Assembly (NCBI GenBank): GCA_045539135.1
Contig: JAZQET010000061.1
Coordinates: 1,032 to 65,031 of the forward strand
DNA length: 64,000 bases
Reading direction: 5' to 3'
DNA from: Eubacteriales bacterium
GTDB lineage: Bacteria > Bacillota > Clostridia > Oscillospirales > QAKW01
Shown here: in pieces, positions 56,186-64,000 of the stretch
How positions within the stretch are numbered: the stretch's first letter is position 1
Layout of the letters: each line of letters begins with the position of its first letter
Program-made: the position numbers and the translations under genes
The notes under the pieces: generated by a model
Seen by the model: only the letters and a program-made list of their open reading frames with translations
The model's database searches: none
What the model was told of the DNA's origin: nothing

Positions 56186-57169
56186 ATGAAACGATATCAA
56201 TGGATCGCAGGGCTGGTTTTGTTGCTGTTCTGCCTGACCGCATGCAAAGCGCCCGATGACGGCAATCGGATGGATGCGGCGGGCTTTTCGGATGCCGCCG
56301 CGGGAGATACGGAAGGCGCATTCCTGCCGGAGACGGAGGAGACCGAGGAGATCGAGGAGGACTCTGCACCCATCGAGGAAACGACTCCCGAAGAAGATGT
56401 TTCCTCTTCGGAAGAACCTGTTGCCATAGACGGTGTGGTGCGAATTCGCACATTGCGGAACTATCAAGACCGCTATTTTGAGATTGAAAATGCGTCCGAC
56501 GGTCTTTCTGCCGCGGTACGGGCACAAGCGGTGAACGCTTCCTCTTTAGATCATCCGTCAACGGAATATCTTCCGTTGCTGCGCTTTAACACAGCGGATG
56601 CTTTGGTGCGGTTCATAAATGGGAAAAGCCAAGAGGATATGGTTTCTTTTGAAAAAGAGACCGCCGAGTATGACGAGGCTTTTTTCGAGGAAAACGCATT
56701 GTTTGCCGTCTATTTGTCCTTGCCGGAGAAGTGCGGCCCGCTTCAAGTGCATTATATCAGTGCGACCGTGCCGAACTTTACCATACACATCGGAATTGCC
56801 GAACCCAAAACTTCGGATAACGAAGGGGCAAAAAAGGAGGCTTTTGTGTTGGTGGAGATCCCCAAAACAGCATTAGAGGGATATAACACATTCACGGCAC
56901 TTCGCGACGATCGGGCATTTTCCATGGCAGAGTGGCCGACGCTTTATCGGTTGGGTGTTTCCCGCATCAGCCGCATTGAGGATAAGGTGATCTACATTGT
57001 TCCTCTGACAGACGAAGCTCAAACCGAGCATGGCTTTGAAGCTTTGGATGCTTTTGATTTTCAGGTAGGAGACACCGTTCAGTTGGTTCATACCGGAGCG
57101 GATGAAAGCGGGGATATTCCCAAAGGATACGGCCTTGGGATGAAACGGGCGGAAACGCCGAATACATAA
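56186..57169 (+). CDS. Hypothetical lipoprotein
   Basis: Signal peptide plus lipobox (LLLFCLTAC), then an acidic linker. I recognise no family. Confidence 0.65.
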   Translation: MKRYQWIAGLVLLLFCLTACKAPDDGNRMDAAGFSDAAAGDTEGAFLPETEETEEIEEDSAPIEETTPEEDVSSSEEPVAIDGVVRIRTLRNYQDRYFEIENASDGLSAAVRAQAVNASSLDHPSTEYLPLLRFNTADALVRFINGKSQEDMVSFEKETAEYDEAFFEENALFAVYLSLPEKCGPLQVHYISATVPNFTIHIGIAEPKTSDNEGAKKEAFVLVEIPKTALEGYNTFTALRDDRAFSMAEWPTLYRLGVSRISRIEDKVIYIVPLTDEAQTEHGFEALDAFDFQVGDTVQLVHTGADESGDIPKGYGLGMKRAETPNT

Positions 57170-57173
57170 AAAT

Positions 57174-57202
57174 AAAAAAGCACCCCGATGGGGTGCTTTT
57201 TG
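57174..57202. terminator. Bidirectional terminator
   Basis: AAAAAAGCACCCC-GATG-GGGTGCTTTTT. Confidence 0.85.
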
Positions 57203-57203
57203 T

Positions 57204-57515
57204 TTATTTATCGTTTAACCGTTCGGCGGTGCTGATCAAAATATTTAGGTCTGCCTCGGACATATTGCGGGTCAGGTTATATAATTTTTGTACTAATTGA
57301 GGATTTTCCATCTCATCGTCAAAAAATGCTTTTGGTGTTACATTGAGATATTCACAAATGTAGAGAAACTCACTTAAAGAGGGTGCCGCTCTGCCGGAAG
57401 AAATGCTTTGCATATAACTTTTGCTGTGACCTAAATCCAGACTCATTTTATATTCAGAAACATTCTTTTTTGTCCGAAGAACAGAAATACGATCCCTTAT
57501 AAACTGCAAATCCAT
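57204..57515 (-). CDS. XRE family helix-turn-helix transcriptional regulator (103 aa)
   Basis: IRDRISVLRTKKNVSEYKMSLDLGHSKSYMQSISSGRAAPSLSEFLYICEYLNVTPKAFF is an HTH_3. ATG 57515 lies 6 nt after GAGGTG (the track ORF starts at 57536). Confidence 0.85.
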   Translation of the reverse strand: MDLQFIRDRISVLRTKKNVSEYKMSLDLGHSKSYMQSISSGRAAPSLSEFLYICEYLNVTPKAFFDDEMENPQLVQKLYNLTRNMSEADLNILISTAERLNDK

Positions 57516-57590
57516 CGAATACACCTCACTTTGCATTATTGTATAATAATTTAAGCGGTAATATTCACGATAAAACTACCGATTACAGTT

Positions 57591-57617
57591 GAATTATACC
57601 GCTTATAGCGGTATAAT
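57591..57617. promoter_or_regulatory. 27-bp perfect palindrome, probable operator in a divergent promoter region
   Basis: AATTATACCGCT-TAT-AGCGGTATAATT. Each arm contains a TATAAT-like hexamer. Related half-sites TAAGCGGTAA and ACTACCGATTA lie upstream (57551-57583). Confidence 0.6.
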
Positions 57618-57666
57618 TATGTGAAGGTGCAAAATTTGATTAGTATTTATTGGAGAAGGTGGAACA

Positions 57667-58086
57667 ATGAAAAAACGATGGTTTATTTTCCTTGCGGTGT
57701 TTCTTCATTTCTTGATCACAGGCTGTAGGGAACAGGCGGACGGGGAACTGCTAAAACCGTCTATGGTAACTTGTTGTATTGAGTATGAGTTTACAATGCA
57801 GTCCAACGATCAGGTGGGAGATGAATGGGATACGGCGGTCGTTTGTAACGGAGAAGAAATTCAAAGCGGAGAGACCGTTCGTGCTTATTCCAATAAGACA
57901 GTTATGGTGACGGGAATCGTGACAGAAGAAGATACTGTGCCGGATGGAGGTTCAGGGGTAGTGGTGCTTGCAACGGAAAGCGGAGCGAACGGATCCACGG
58001 AGATCATTGTTCGAGAAAATCGCGGGCGGTATTCCGGCAATGAAGCGGTATGGGTTTTTAAGTGTCGGGTACTGTCGGTGAAATAA
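57667..58086 (+). CDS. Hypothetical small lipoprotein
   Basis: 139 aa with lipobox FLITGC. I recognise no family. Confidence 0.6.
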   Translation: MKKRWFIFLAVFLHFLITGCREQADGELLKPSMVTCCIEYEFTMQSNDQVGDEWDTAVVCNGEEIQSGETVRAYSNKTVMVTGIVTEEDTVPDGGSGVVVLATESGANGSTEIIVRENRGRYSGNEAVWVFKCRVLSVK

Positions 58087-58119
58087 GAACCGCCCTCCAT
58101 CGGAAGGCGGTTCGTTTTG
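58087..58119. terminator. Terminator
   Basis: GAACCGCC-CTCCATCGGAA-GGCGGTTC followed by GTTTT. Confidence 0.65.
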
Positions 58120-58130
58120 TATAAAAGATT

Positions 58131-58961
58131 TTATAATTTCTTCCGATACTCCGAGGGCGAAACCCCTGTTTTTTGGTGGAAGCAGCGGGAGAAATAGAGG
58201 GGGTTTTCAAAGCCCACCGCCGCCGCCACCGCTTTAACGGGCAGTTGCTTCTCCTCCCGCAGCAGTCGCTTTGCCTGACGGATCCGCAGGTTCAGCAGGT
58301 ACTCTTTGGGGGAGACCCCGAACTCCTTTTTAAATAGGGTATACATATAGCCGGTGGACAGGTAAAACAGGTCTGCCACCTGTCGCAGTTGGATGGGTTG
58401 ATCTAAGTTTTCCTCAAAAAAGCGGGCAATACGGTGTGCGTGGTTGCGGGCTGGGGGGATCTCCTCTGCAGAGTGCTCCAGATGCACGGCCATCAGTTGA
58501 AAGAGCGTTGCCTGCAGGAGGCAATTTTCTGCATAGACGTTTGCCGTCTCCTCTGCCGAAATGCAGGCGCGGATCAGGTCCACGCACTGCGCGGTGCCTT
58601 CAAAGGAAAAGACTGCGTTACGGTCGGGAAGCCCGCAGGCCTTCAGCCAATCCGCCGCCTGCTCCCCTCGAAAAGCGATCCAATAGACCTCCGAAATCTC
58701 GGCATCATCAAAGGAGATGCTGGCCGTCTGCAAGGGGGTGACCAAATACCCGCAGCCTGCAGAAAAAGGGCGACCCATATAGGTGCCGGAGCCTTTTGCC
58801 ACATACTGAATGGAATAGGAGGGGCGGGCATAGACAAAGGGCTCTGTCCGCGGCGGATTGCGCTCCATCCCTGCCGCCACCGCATAGATCCCGTTGGGAA
58901 GGGGCAGGGAAGCGATGCGGCGGTATTTGGGGTAGTGAGGGACGGATGAATCGATCAGCAT
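58131..58961 (-). CDS. AraC family transcriptional regulator
   Basis: N-terminal cupin-like sensor plus C-terminal HTH_18 (IQLRQVADLFYLSTGYMYTLFKKEFGVSPKEYLLNLRIRQAKRLL). ATG 58961 lies 9 nt after AGGAG. Confidence 0.9.
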   Translation of the reverse strand: MLIDSSVPHYPKYRRIASLPLPNGIYAVAAGMERNPPRTEPFVYARPSYSIQYVAKGSGTYMGRPFSAGCGYLVTPLQTASISFDDAEISEVYWIAFRGEQAADWLKACGLPDRNAVFSFEGTAQCVDLIRACISAEETANVYAENCLLQATLFQLMAVHLEHSAEEIPPARNHAHRIARFFEENLDQPIQLRQVADLFYLSTGYMYTLFKKEFGVSPKEYLLNLRIRQAKRLLREEKQLPVKAVAAAVGFENPLYFSRCFHQKTGVSPSEYRKKL

Positions 58962-59089
58962 AAAAAGCACCTCCTAATTATTCTGCCTTTATTTTAAGAG
59001 AATTATGGGAAAAAGTCAATTCAAAAAGAGCGATTTATGCATATATTCCATTTTTTTGTGTATGGAATGGCGCTATTAATATTAGTATA

Positions 59090-60274
59090 ATGGACTTAGA
59101 TCAAACAATGGAGGAGGAATGGGGGAAACCGATGGATTGTCCGTTGAAAGGAAAAAATGCCCGCGAGCAAGCCTTATTGGCGCGTGCCTACAGCACCCTG
59201 ATGGGCAACCTTTACCCGAAAGACGGGTATCCTTGGAGCCCCAACCGCTTGTTTTCGCCGGGGCGGCCCCGCTTCCTCGGTGTGTGGAATTGGGACACCG
59301 CCTTTCATTCGGTGGGGGTCTCCCGCTGGGATCTTCCGCTGGCGCGGGAAGGTATTTTAGGGTTCTTGAAGTTTCAGGGGGAGAACGGCATCCTGCCCGA
59401 TGTGATCTTTGAAGACGGCAGGGTGGTGGACACCTATTCCAAGCCGCCGGTCTTTGGCTGGGCGGCGGAGGTGATCTATAAAAAAGAGCCGGATCGGGGC
59501 TTTTTGGAGGAGATCTACCCCAAGCTTGTGAAAAACGAGCGGTGGTGGCGGGAAAATCGGTGGGAGAACGGTCTGTTTTTCTATGATGCCGCCGATCGGA
59601 ACGAGCCCCTTTATGAGCGGCACATTCGCTATGAATCGGGTTGGGATAATTCGGTGCGGTGGGATGCTTCCGTTCGGGATCAATGGCCCATCGACCTGAA
59701 TTGCTTTATGATCCTTTTTTACCGCGCCTTGGGCTTTTTTGCCAAAGAGTTGGGGTTGCCCGCCGTAGAATGGGCGGCGCGGGAGCGGGAGGTGACCGAC
59801 TTGGTCAATGCCCGTTTGTGGAACGGTGCCTATTATGCCGATGCCCGTCGCTCCGACGGTGCGGTTTCCTCGGTGCTGACCCCTGCATCCTTTATGCCCC
59901 TTTTTGCAGGGATCGCCTCCCGCGCGCAGGCGGAAAAGATGGCGGCCCTTGCCGCCGATCCCCAAAAGTTCAACGGGCATATGCCCACGGTGACTTACGA
60001 CGATCCCGCCTATGAGTTGGAGTATTGGCGGGGACCTGTGTGGCTGAATGTGGCATACTTTGCCGCCAAGGGGTTGAAAAACTACGGTTTTTCCGTGGCC
60101 GATACCATCCGTGAGAATATTCTGACAATGGTGGAGGCGGAAAAGCGGGGCATTTTTGAAAACTATGATTCCCGCACCAACCGCGGGTTGGATAAAAAGA
60201 ATCGCATTCAATGTAACAATTTCAGTTGGTCAAGCGTATTTGTTATAGAGTTTATAGTGGGGTGGAATGAATGA
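59090..60274 (+). CDS. (alpha/alpha)6-barrel glycoside hydrolase, GH63/GH37 (trehalase / mannosylglycerate-hydrolase-like)
   Basis: 394 aa with WNWDTAFH, ESGWDNSVRWD and YWRGPVWLNVAYF, motifs typical of clan GH-G enzymes. The start is ambiguous (59090, 59108 or 59132). Confidence 0.65.
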   Translation: MDLDQTMEEEWGKPMDCPLKGKNAREQALLARAYSTLMGNLYPKDGYPWSPNRLFSPGRPRFLGVWNWDTAFHSVGVSRWDLPLAREGILGFLKFQGENGILPDVIFEDGRVVDTYSKPPVFGWAAEVIYKKEPDRGFLEEIYPKLVKNERWWRENRWENGLFFYDAADRNEPLYERHIRYESGWDNSVRWDASVRDQWPIDLNCFMILFYRALGFFAKELGLPAVEWAAREREVTDLVNARLWNGAYYADARRSDGAVSSVLTPASFMPLFAGIASRAQAEKMAALAADPQKFNGHMPTVTYDDPAYELEYWRGPVWLNVAYFAAKGLKNYGFSVADTIRENILTMVEAEKRGIFENYDSRTNRGLDKKNRIQCNNFSWSSVFVIEFIVGWNE

Positions 60275-61656
60275 AAAAGAAACAATGGATCACAGTTTTT
60301 ATGGTGTTGGTGCTTTGCCTGACCATGTTCAGCGGCTGTAAGACCAATCCTCAAGAGGAAGAGTTCGGGGTGGTGGAGACTCCGGTGAACGGTGCAGAGG
60401 GCACGGATAAGGACGAGGAGCCCAAGGACGAGACCGACAAAAAGCCCGCTCAAACCCCCGACGAGGAGGAAAAAGAGCCCGTGAAGGATGAGGAACCTTC
60501 CGCAGGCAACGAACCCGTGAAGGACGAACCTGCCCAAAAGCCCGACGAGGGCACCAAGGATCCTGCAGACAATAACACCAAGGAGCCCGTGGAAGAGACG
60601 CCCGGGGAGGAGTTATTGCCCCCCATCACCAAAGAGGAGAGCGGCACCCCCATTACCTTTTTGATGCAGAACCTGCGGACTGCAGGCAATCAGACGGGGC
60701 TTACCAAAGAGGAGCGGAGCGGCGGAGATCTGAATCTTTATCGCCGCAAATACCGTTTCAAGCAGTTGGTGTTGGAGCACGATCCCGATGTGATTTTGGC
60801 ACAGGAATGTACCAAAGGCTGGCTGGATTTCTTTCAGACCGATGCGTACTTTTCCAAAACCTATTCGGTTTTATGGGTCTGGCGCTCTAAAGACGGCTCG
60901 GTGATGCAAGCAACCCCCATCCTTTATAAAACCAAGAAATATACGTTGGTGGAATCGGGGCATTTTTGGTTTTCCGAAACCCCCAAGACCCCCTCGCCCA
61001 GCTACGGGTATACTATGGCAGACGGAGAGGGACATTTCCGTCCCTGTACCTGGGCCAAATTGAAAGATAAAAGCACCGGCGCGGTGTTTAATGCTTACTC
61101 GATTCATATGGACGCGGGCAATGATATTTGCGGTACCAAGTCTATGAACCAGCTGTTTGAGATCTTTGAGAAGCTGGGGAAAGATGCCTATGCCTTTATC
61201 GGCGGCGACTTTAACTTCGGCTTCCGCGATAAGTATTATGATTTGGCGGTGGATACGGAGTATCAGGTAGACCTTCAGAATATGGCCGCCAATATGAAGG
61301 AAGACGGTCTTTGTGAAATGGGTGGCATTAACGGCTCGCTGCACACCGACTTTGCGGCAGAAGATGATCCCAATACACCCACGGTGGATGAAAGTTATTT
61401 TCACGGAACCTTTCCCGATCCCAATCCCGGCAGAAAGCGGCAGTTGGATCATATTATGGCCAAGCTCCATCCCAATATGGCGGTAGATTATTGGGGCTTT
61501 GATTATACCGATTATGAAGATCCTGCAAACGGAGTGGAGAAAGGATATATCTCCGACCACTACGGCCTTGTTTGCAAGGTGCGGATCAATACCGAGGTGG
61601 ATTATTCCCGCTATCATTATGAGCACAAAGGGGAGCTTGCGGCCGCAGAGCGGTAA
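60271..61656 (+). CDS. Lipoprotein with an endonuclease/exonuclease/phosphatase (EEP) domain, paralog 1
   Basis: Lipobox MFSGC, a ~100-aa Glu/Pro/Lys/Asp-rich linker, then EEP motifs QNLR, DPDVILAQE, SIHMD, GGDFNF, LDHIM and SDHYGLV. Start overlaps the GH stop (ATGA). Confidence 0.85.
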   Translation: MKKKQWITVFMVLVLCLTMFSGCKTNPQEEEFGVVETPVNGAEGTDKDEEPKDETDKKPAQTPDEEEKEPVKDEEPSAGNEPVKDEPAQKPDEGTKDPADNNTKEPVEETPGEELLPPITKEESGTPITFLMQNLRTAGNQTGLTKEERSGGDLNLYRRKYRFKQLVLEHDPDVILAQECTKGWLDFFQTDAYFSKTYSVLWVWRSKDGSVMQATPILYKTKKYTLVESGHFWFSETPKTPSPSYGYTMADGEGHFRPCTWAKLKDKSTGAVFNAYSIHMDAGNDICGTKSMNQLFEIFEKLGKDAYAFIGGDFNFGFRDKYYDLAVDTEYQVDLQNMAANMKEDGLCEMGGINGSLHTDFAAEDDPNTPTVDESYFHGTFPDPNPGRKRQLDHIMAKLHPNMAVDYWGFDYTDYEDPANGVEKGYISDHYGLVCKVRINTEVDYSRYHYEHKGELAAAER

Positions 61657-61746
61657 AAGGACCCTCCGCTAAAAAAAGATTGATTTTAATTAGAGTATTT
61701 GTTATGATAAAAATACCAATAATTTGAATGTCGGAGGGCAAAAACC

Positions 61747-63117
61747 ATGAAATTGAAAAACTGGATCGGTCTTTTGTTGATCCTGATGCTGACGGTGACC
61801 CTGCTGGGCGGCTGTGGAAAAGCACCCGCGGAGGAGGATGCCGTGGCGGATAATTGGATCGGTGTGGAAGAAGACGACAAGAACACCGAGGACGATCAAA
61901 AAGAAGAAAGCAATAAAGAAGACGAGAAAAAGCCCGAAGAGGACAAGAAACCCCAAGAGGGCAACAAAAACGAAGAGGGCACCAACAAAGAGGACGAGAA
62001 AAAGCCCGAAGAAGACAAGAAACCCCAAGAGGGCACCAATAAGGAAGAAAACAAAGAGCCCGAGAAGGAAGAGCAAGGCGGGAGCAATCCCCCCGAAGAA
62101 GGCGGCGATGACGAGGAAAACAACACTCCGGCAGGTCCTTCGGTGATCGGGGATACCAGCGGTGTGCCCATTACCATCTTGGTGCAAAACCTGAAGCACT
62201 CCGGCACCAGCCTCGGTTCCAAGAACGACGGTACCGGTAATAACATCTATAACCGCATCCGCCGCTTCAAGGCCATGGTGGATAAGCATGATCCCGATGT
62301 GATTTTGGGTCAGGAAGCCCGTATCGGCTGGACCGAAGCCTTTAAGAGCGATCTGTTCTGCCAGACCTATGAGATGCTTTTCCGTGAGCGGGGTCCTGCC
62401 GGTGTTCCCGGCGGGGATGAGGGTACTACCCTGCAGTATAAAAAGAGCAAGTTTAAGCTTCTGGACAGCGGCTTTTTCTGGTTGAGCGAGACCCCCAAGG
62501 TTCCCTCGCGCTTCTTTGATGATGAAGGAGACTACGGTCGGATCGTTGCATGGGCAAAGCTGAAGGATAAGACCAGCGGTGTGGAGTTTTATTGCTATTC
62601 CAACCATTTCGGTTTCGGTAAGGAAGGTCCCCTGAAGGCGCAGGAGCAGTTGAATAAAACCTTCGCCGACCTGCCCGAGGGCTCTTATGCCTTTATTGGC
62701 GGCGACTGGAACGTGAAATACCGCGATGACGATTATATGATGATGATGGATTGGGACCGCCTCATCGACTTAAGAGATATGTGTATGAATCTGAAGGCAG
62801 ACGGCTATGCCATTACCTTCGGCGGGATGAACGGAAGCGGTACCGGCGGAAAGTTTGAGCAAAACCTGCCGGATCAGACTCCCGGCAACGAGCACCAGAT
62901 CGACTATCTGATGGCAAAGCCCAACCCCCATATGGCGGTGGACTATTACGGCTTCGATTATACCGCCTATACCTATCCTGCCGATGATATCAAGGAAGGC
63001 TATATCGCCGACCACTACGGTTTGGTGGTGAAGCTGCGGCTGGATACCGATGCGGATTATTCCTCCTATCAATGCGAGCACACCTATGAGGTGAGCGGAG
63101 AGTATTATTGGAGATGA
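61747..63117 (+). CDS. Lipoprotein with an EEP domain, paralog 2
   Basis: Lipobox LLGGC. The linker contains a duplicated NKEDEKKPEEDKKPQEG unit. EEP motifs are QNLK, DPDVILGQE, GGDWNV, IDYLM and ADHYGLV. Confidence 0.85.
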   Translation: MKLKNWIGLLLILMLTVTLLGGCGKAPAEEDAVADNWIGVEEDDKNTEDDQKEESNKEDEKKPEEDKKPQEGNKNEEGTNKEDEKKPEEDKKPQEGTNKEENKEPEKEEQGGSNPPEEGGDDEENNTPAGPSVIGDTSGVPITILVQNLKHSGTSLGSKNDGTGNNIYNRIRRFKAMVDKHDPDVILGQEARIGWTEAFKSDLFCQTYEMLFRERGPAGVPGGDEGTTLQYKKSKFKLLDSGFFWLSETPKVPSRFFDDEGDYGRIVAWAKLKDKTSGVEFYCYSNHFGFGKEGPLKAQEQLNKTFADLPEGSYAFIGGDWNVKYRDDDYMMMMDWDRLIDLRDMCMNLKADGYAITFGGMNGSGTGGKFEQNLPDQTPGNEHQIDYLMAKPNPHMAVDYYGFDYTAYTYPADDIKEGYIADHYGLVVKLRLDTDADYSSYQCEHTYEVSGEYYWR

Positions 63118-63122
63118 CCGCT

Positions 63123-64000
63123 ATGAAACGATGGATCAGCCTCTTACTGATCGGACCGCTGACTTTCGCTTTGCTGGGCGGGTGCGCGAAAGCCCCTGCC
63201 GAAGAGGATGCGGTGTCCGATAGCTGGATCGGTGTGGAAGACAACGATAACCAACCCGATAAAAAGCCGGATGCCGGCAAGACTGAGGAAGATCCCGACA
63301 AGGGCGGCAAACCTGATGTTGCGCCCGATGATGCCGGCAAGACCGAGGAAGACCCCGACACCGGCAAGCCCGATAAAACCCCCGATACCGGAAAACCCGA
63401 TGAAACCCCCGACACCGGAAAGCCGGACGAAGAGCCCGACACCGGCAAGACCGAGGAGGGAACCGACGAACCCACGCCCATCACCAAGGAAGAAAGCGGC
63501 GTTCCGCTTACCATTATGGTGCAGAATCTGCGAACGGCAGGTACTCAAAATGCCAATACCCAAGGGCAGCGCACCGATACACTGGGCAGAACCGGTCAGG
63601 CCAATGAGTTATACAGCCGTGCGCGGCGCTTTCGCGAGAATGTGAAGCGGGTAGATCCCGATGTGATCTTGGGTTGTGAGGGAACCATCGGCTGGATCCA
63701 ATGGTTTCAGAGCAACGATTATTTCAAAAAGAATTACGATCTGGTCTATCACTGGGCAGACGGCGGAAAGGCGCCGGTAGGAAACGACGGAAGTAAACCG
63801 ATCCTTTATAAAAAGGCGCGGTTTACCTTGCTGGATCAAGGTGTTTTTTGGTATTCCGAAACACCGACGCACCCTTCATTTTTCACGTCCGGAGAGGCTA
63901 TGAAAAATTGCACTTGGGCAAAATTGAAGGAGAAAGAGAGCGGCGAGGTGTTTTATGCCTATGCCATCCATATCCGTAATGATGCACATCTGGAGGATAG
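63123..64000 (+). CDS. Lipoprotein with an EEP domain, paralog 3 (3' end beyond the right edge)
   Basis: Not in the ORF track because it is truncated. ATG 63123 gives MKRWISLLLIGPLTFALLGGCAKAPAEEDAVSDSWIGVED, then TPDTGKPDE repeats, then TIMVQNLRTAG and DPDVILGCE. Confidence 0.8.
   Translation, partial: MKRWISLLLIGPLTFALLGGCAKAPAEEDAVSDSWIGVEDNDNQPDKKPDAGKTEEDPDKGGKPDVAPDDAGKTEEDPDTGKPDKTPDTGKPDETPDTGKPDEEPDTGKTEEGTDEPTPITKEESGVPLTIMVQNLRTAGTQNANTQGQRTDTLGRTGQANELYSRARRFRENVKRVDPDVILGCEGTIGWIQWFQSNDYFKKNYDLVYHWADGGKAPVGNDGSKPILYKKARFTLLDQGVFWYSETPTHPSFFTSGEAMKNCTWAKLKEKESGEVFYAYAIHIRNDAHLED

Overview
This window is the chromosomal replication-origin region of a spore-forming Clostridia-type Firmicute with roughly mid-50s % GC. 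The conserved core runs rny (partial)-uppP-ftsK, then rsmG-mnmG-mnmE, then jag-yidC-yidD-rnpA-rpmH-glyQS, then dnaA-dnaN-yaaA-recF-remB-gyrB-gyrA. Housekeeping and accessory genes follow. These include a polysaccharide deacetylase, an AGCS symporter, recG, an alpha/beta SASP and pgsA-rimO-recX-recA. They also include a MATE pump, a B12-riboswitch-controlled DUF4430 + ECF S-component pair, trmL, a clpC-like gene, an MFS transporter, a GDPD and a threonine-aldolase-like gene. Further right lie a THF-riboswitch folT operon, mtnN, a PHP phosphatase, bioY-birA, an ABC exporter, an AraC regulator, a GH63/trehalase-like hydrolase and three tandem EEP-domain lipoproteins. I saw no rRNA or tRNA genes, no cas genes, no transposase and no recognisable defence operon. 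The unusual content is non-coding. (1) A perfect palindrome CACAACA-WWW-TGTTGTG occurs 28 times. It forms a 20-copy, 1.2-kb array (25800-27008) starting just upstream of an XRE-regulator promoter, a 7-copy array (8438-8819) on the other side of oriC, and one solo copy (47238). (2) A second palindrome family, CCGCACAA-N5-TTGTGCGG, forms a 7-copy, 42-bp-period array between recA and another XRE gene. (3) A 274-bp MITE with TA target duplications is present twice, and one copy sits inside a cobalamin riboswitch aptamer. (4) A TIR-bounded intergenic repeat of about 105-150 bp is present at least 4 times. (5) A short array of ATTTCAC heptamers alternates with unrelated hairpins. The palindrome arrays next to small XRE regulators and flanking oriC are my best candidate for an undescribed system, but their function is inference only.
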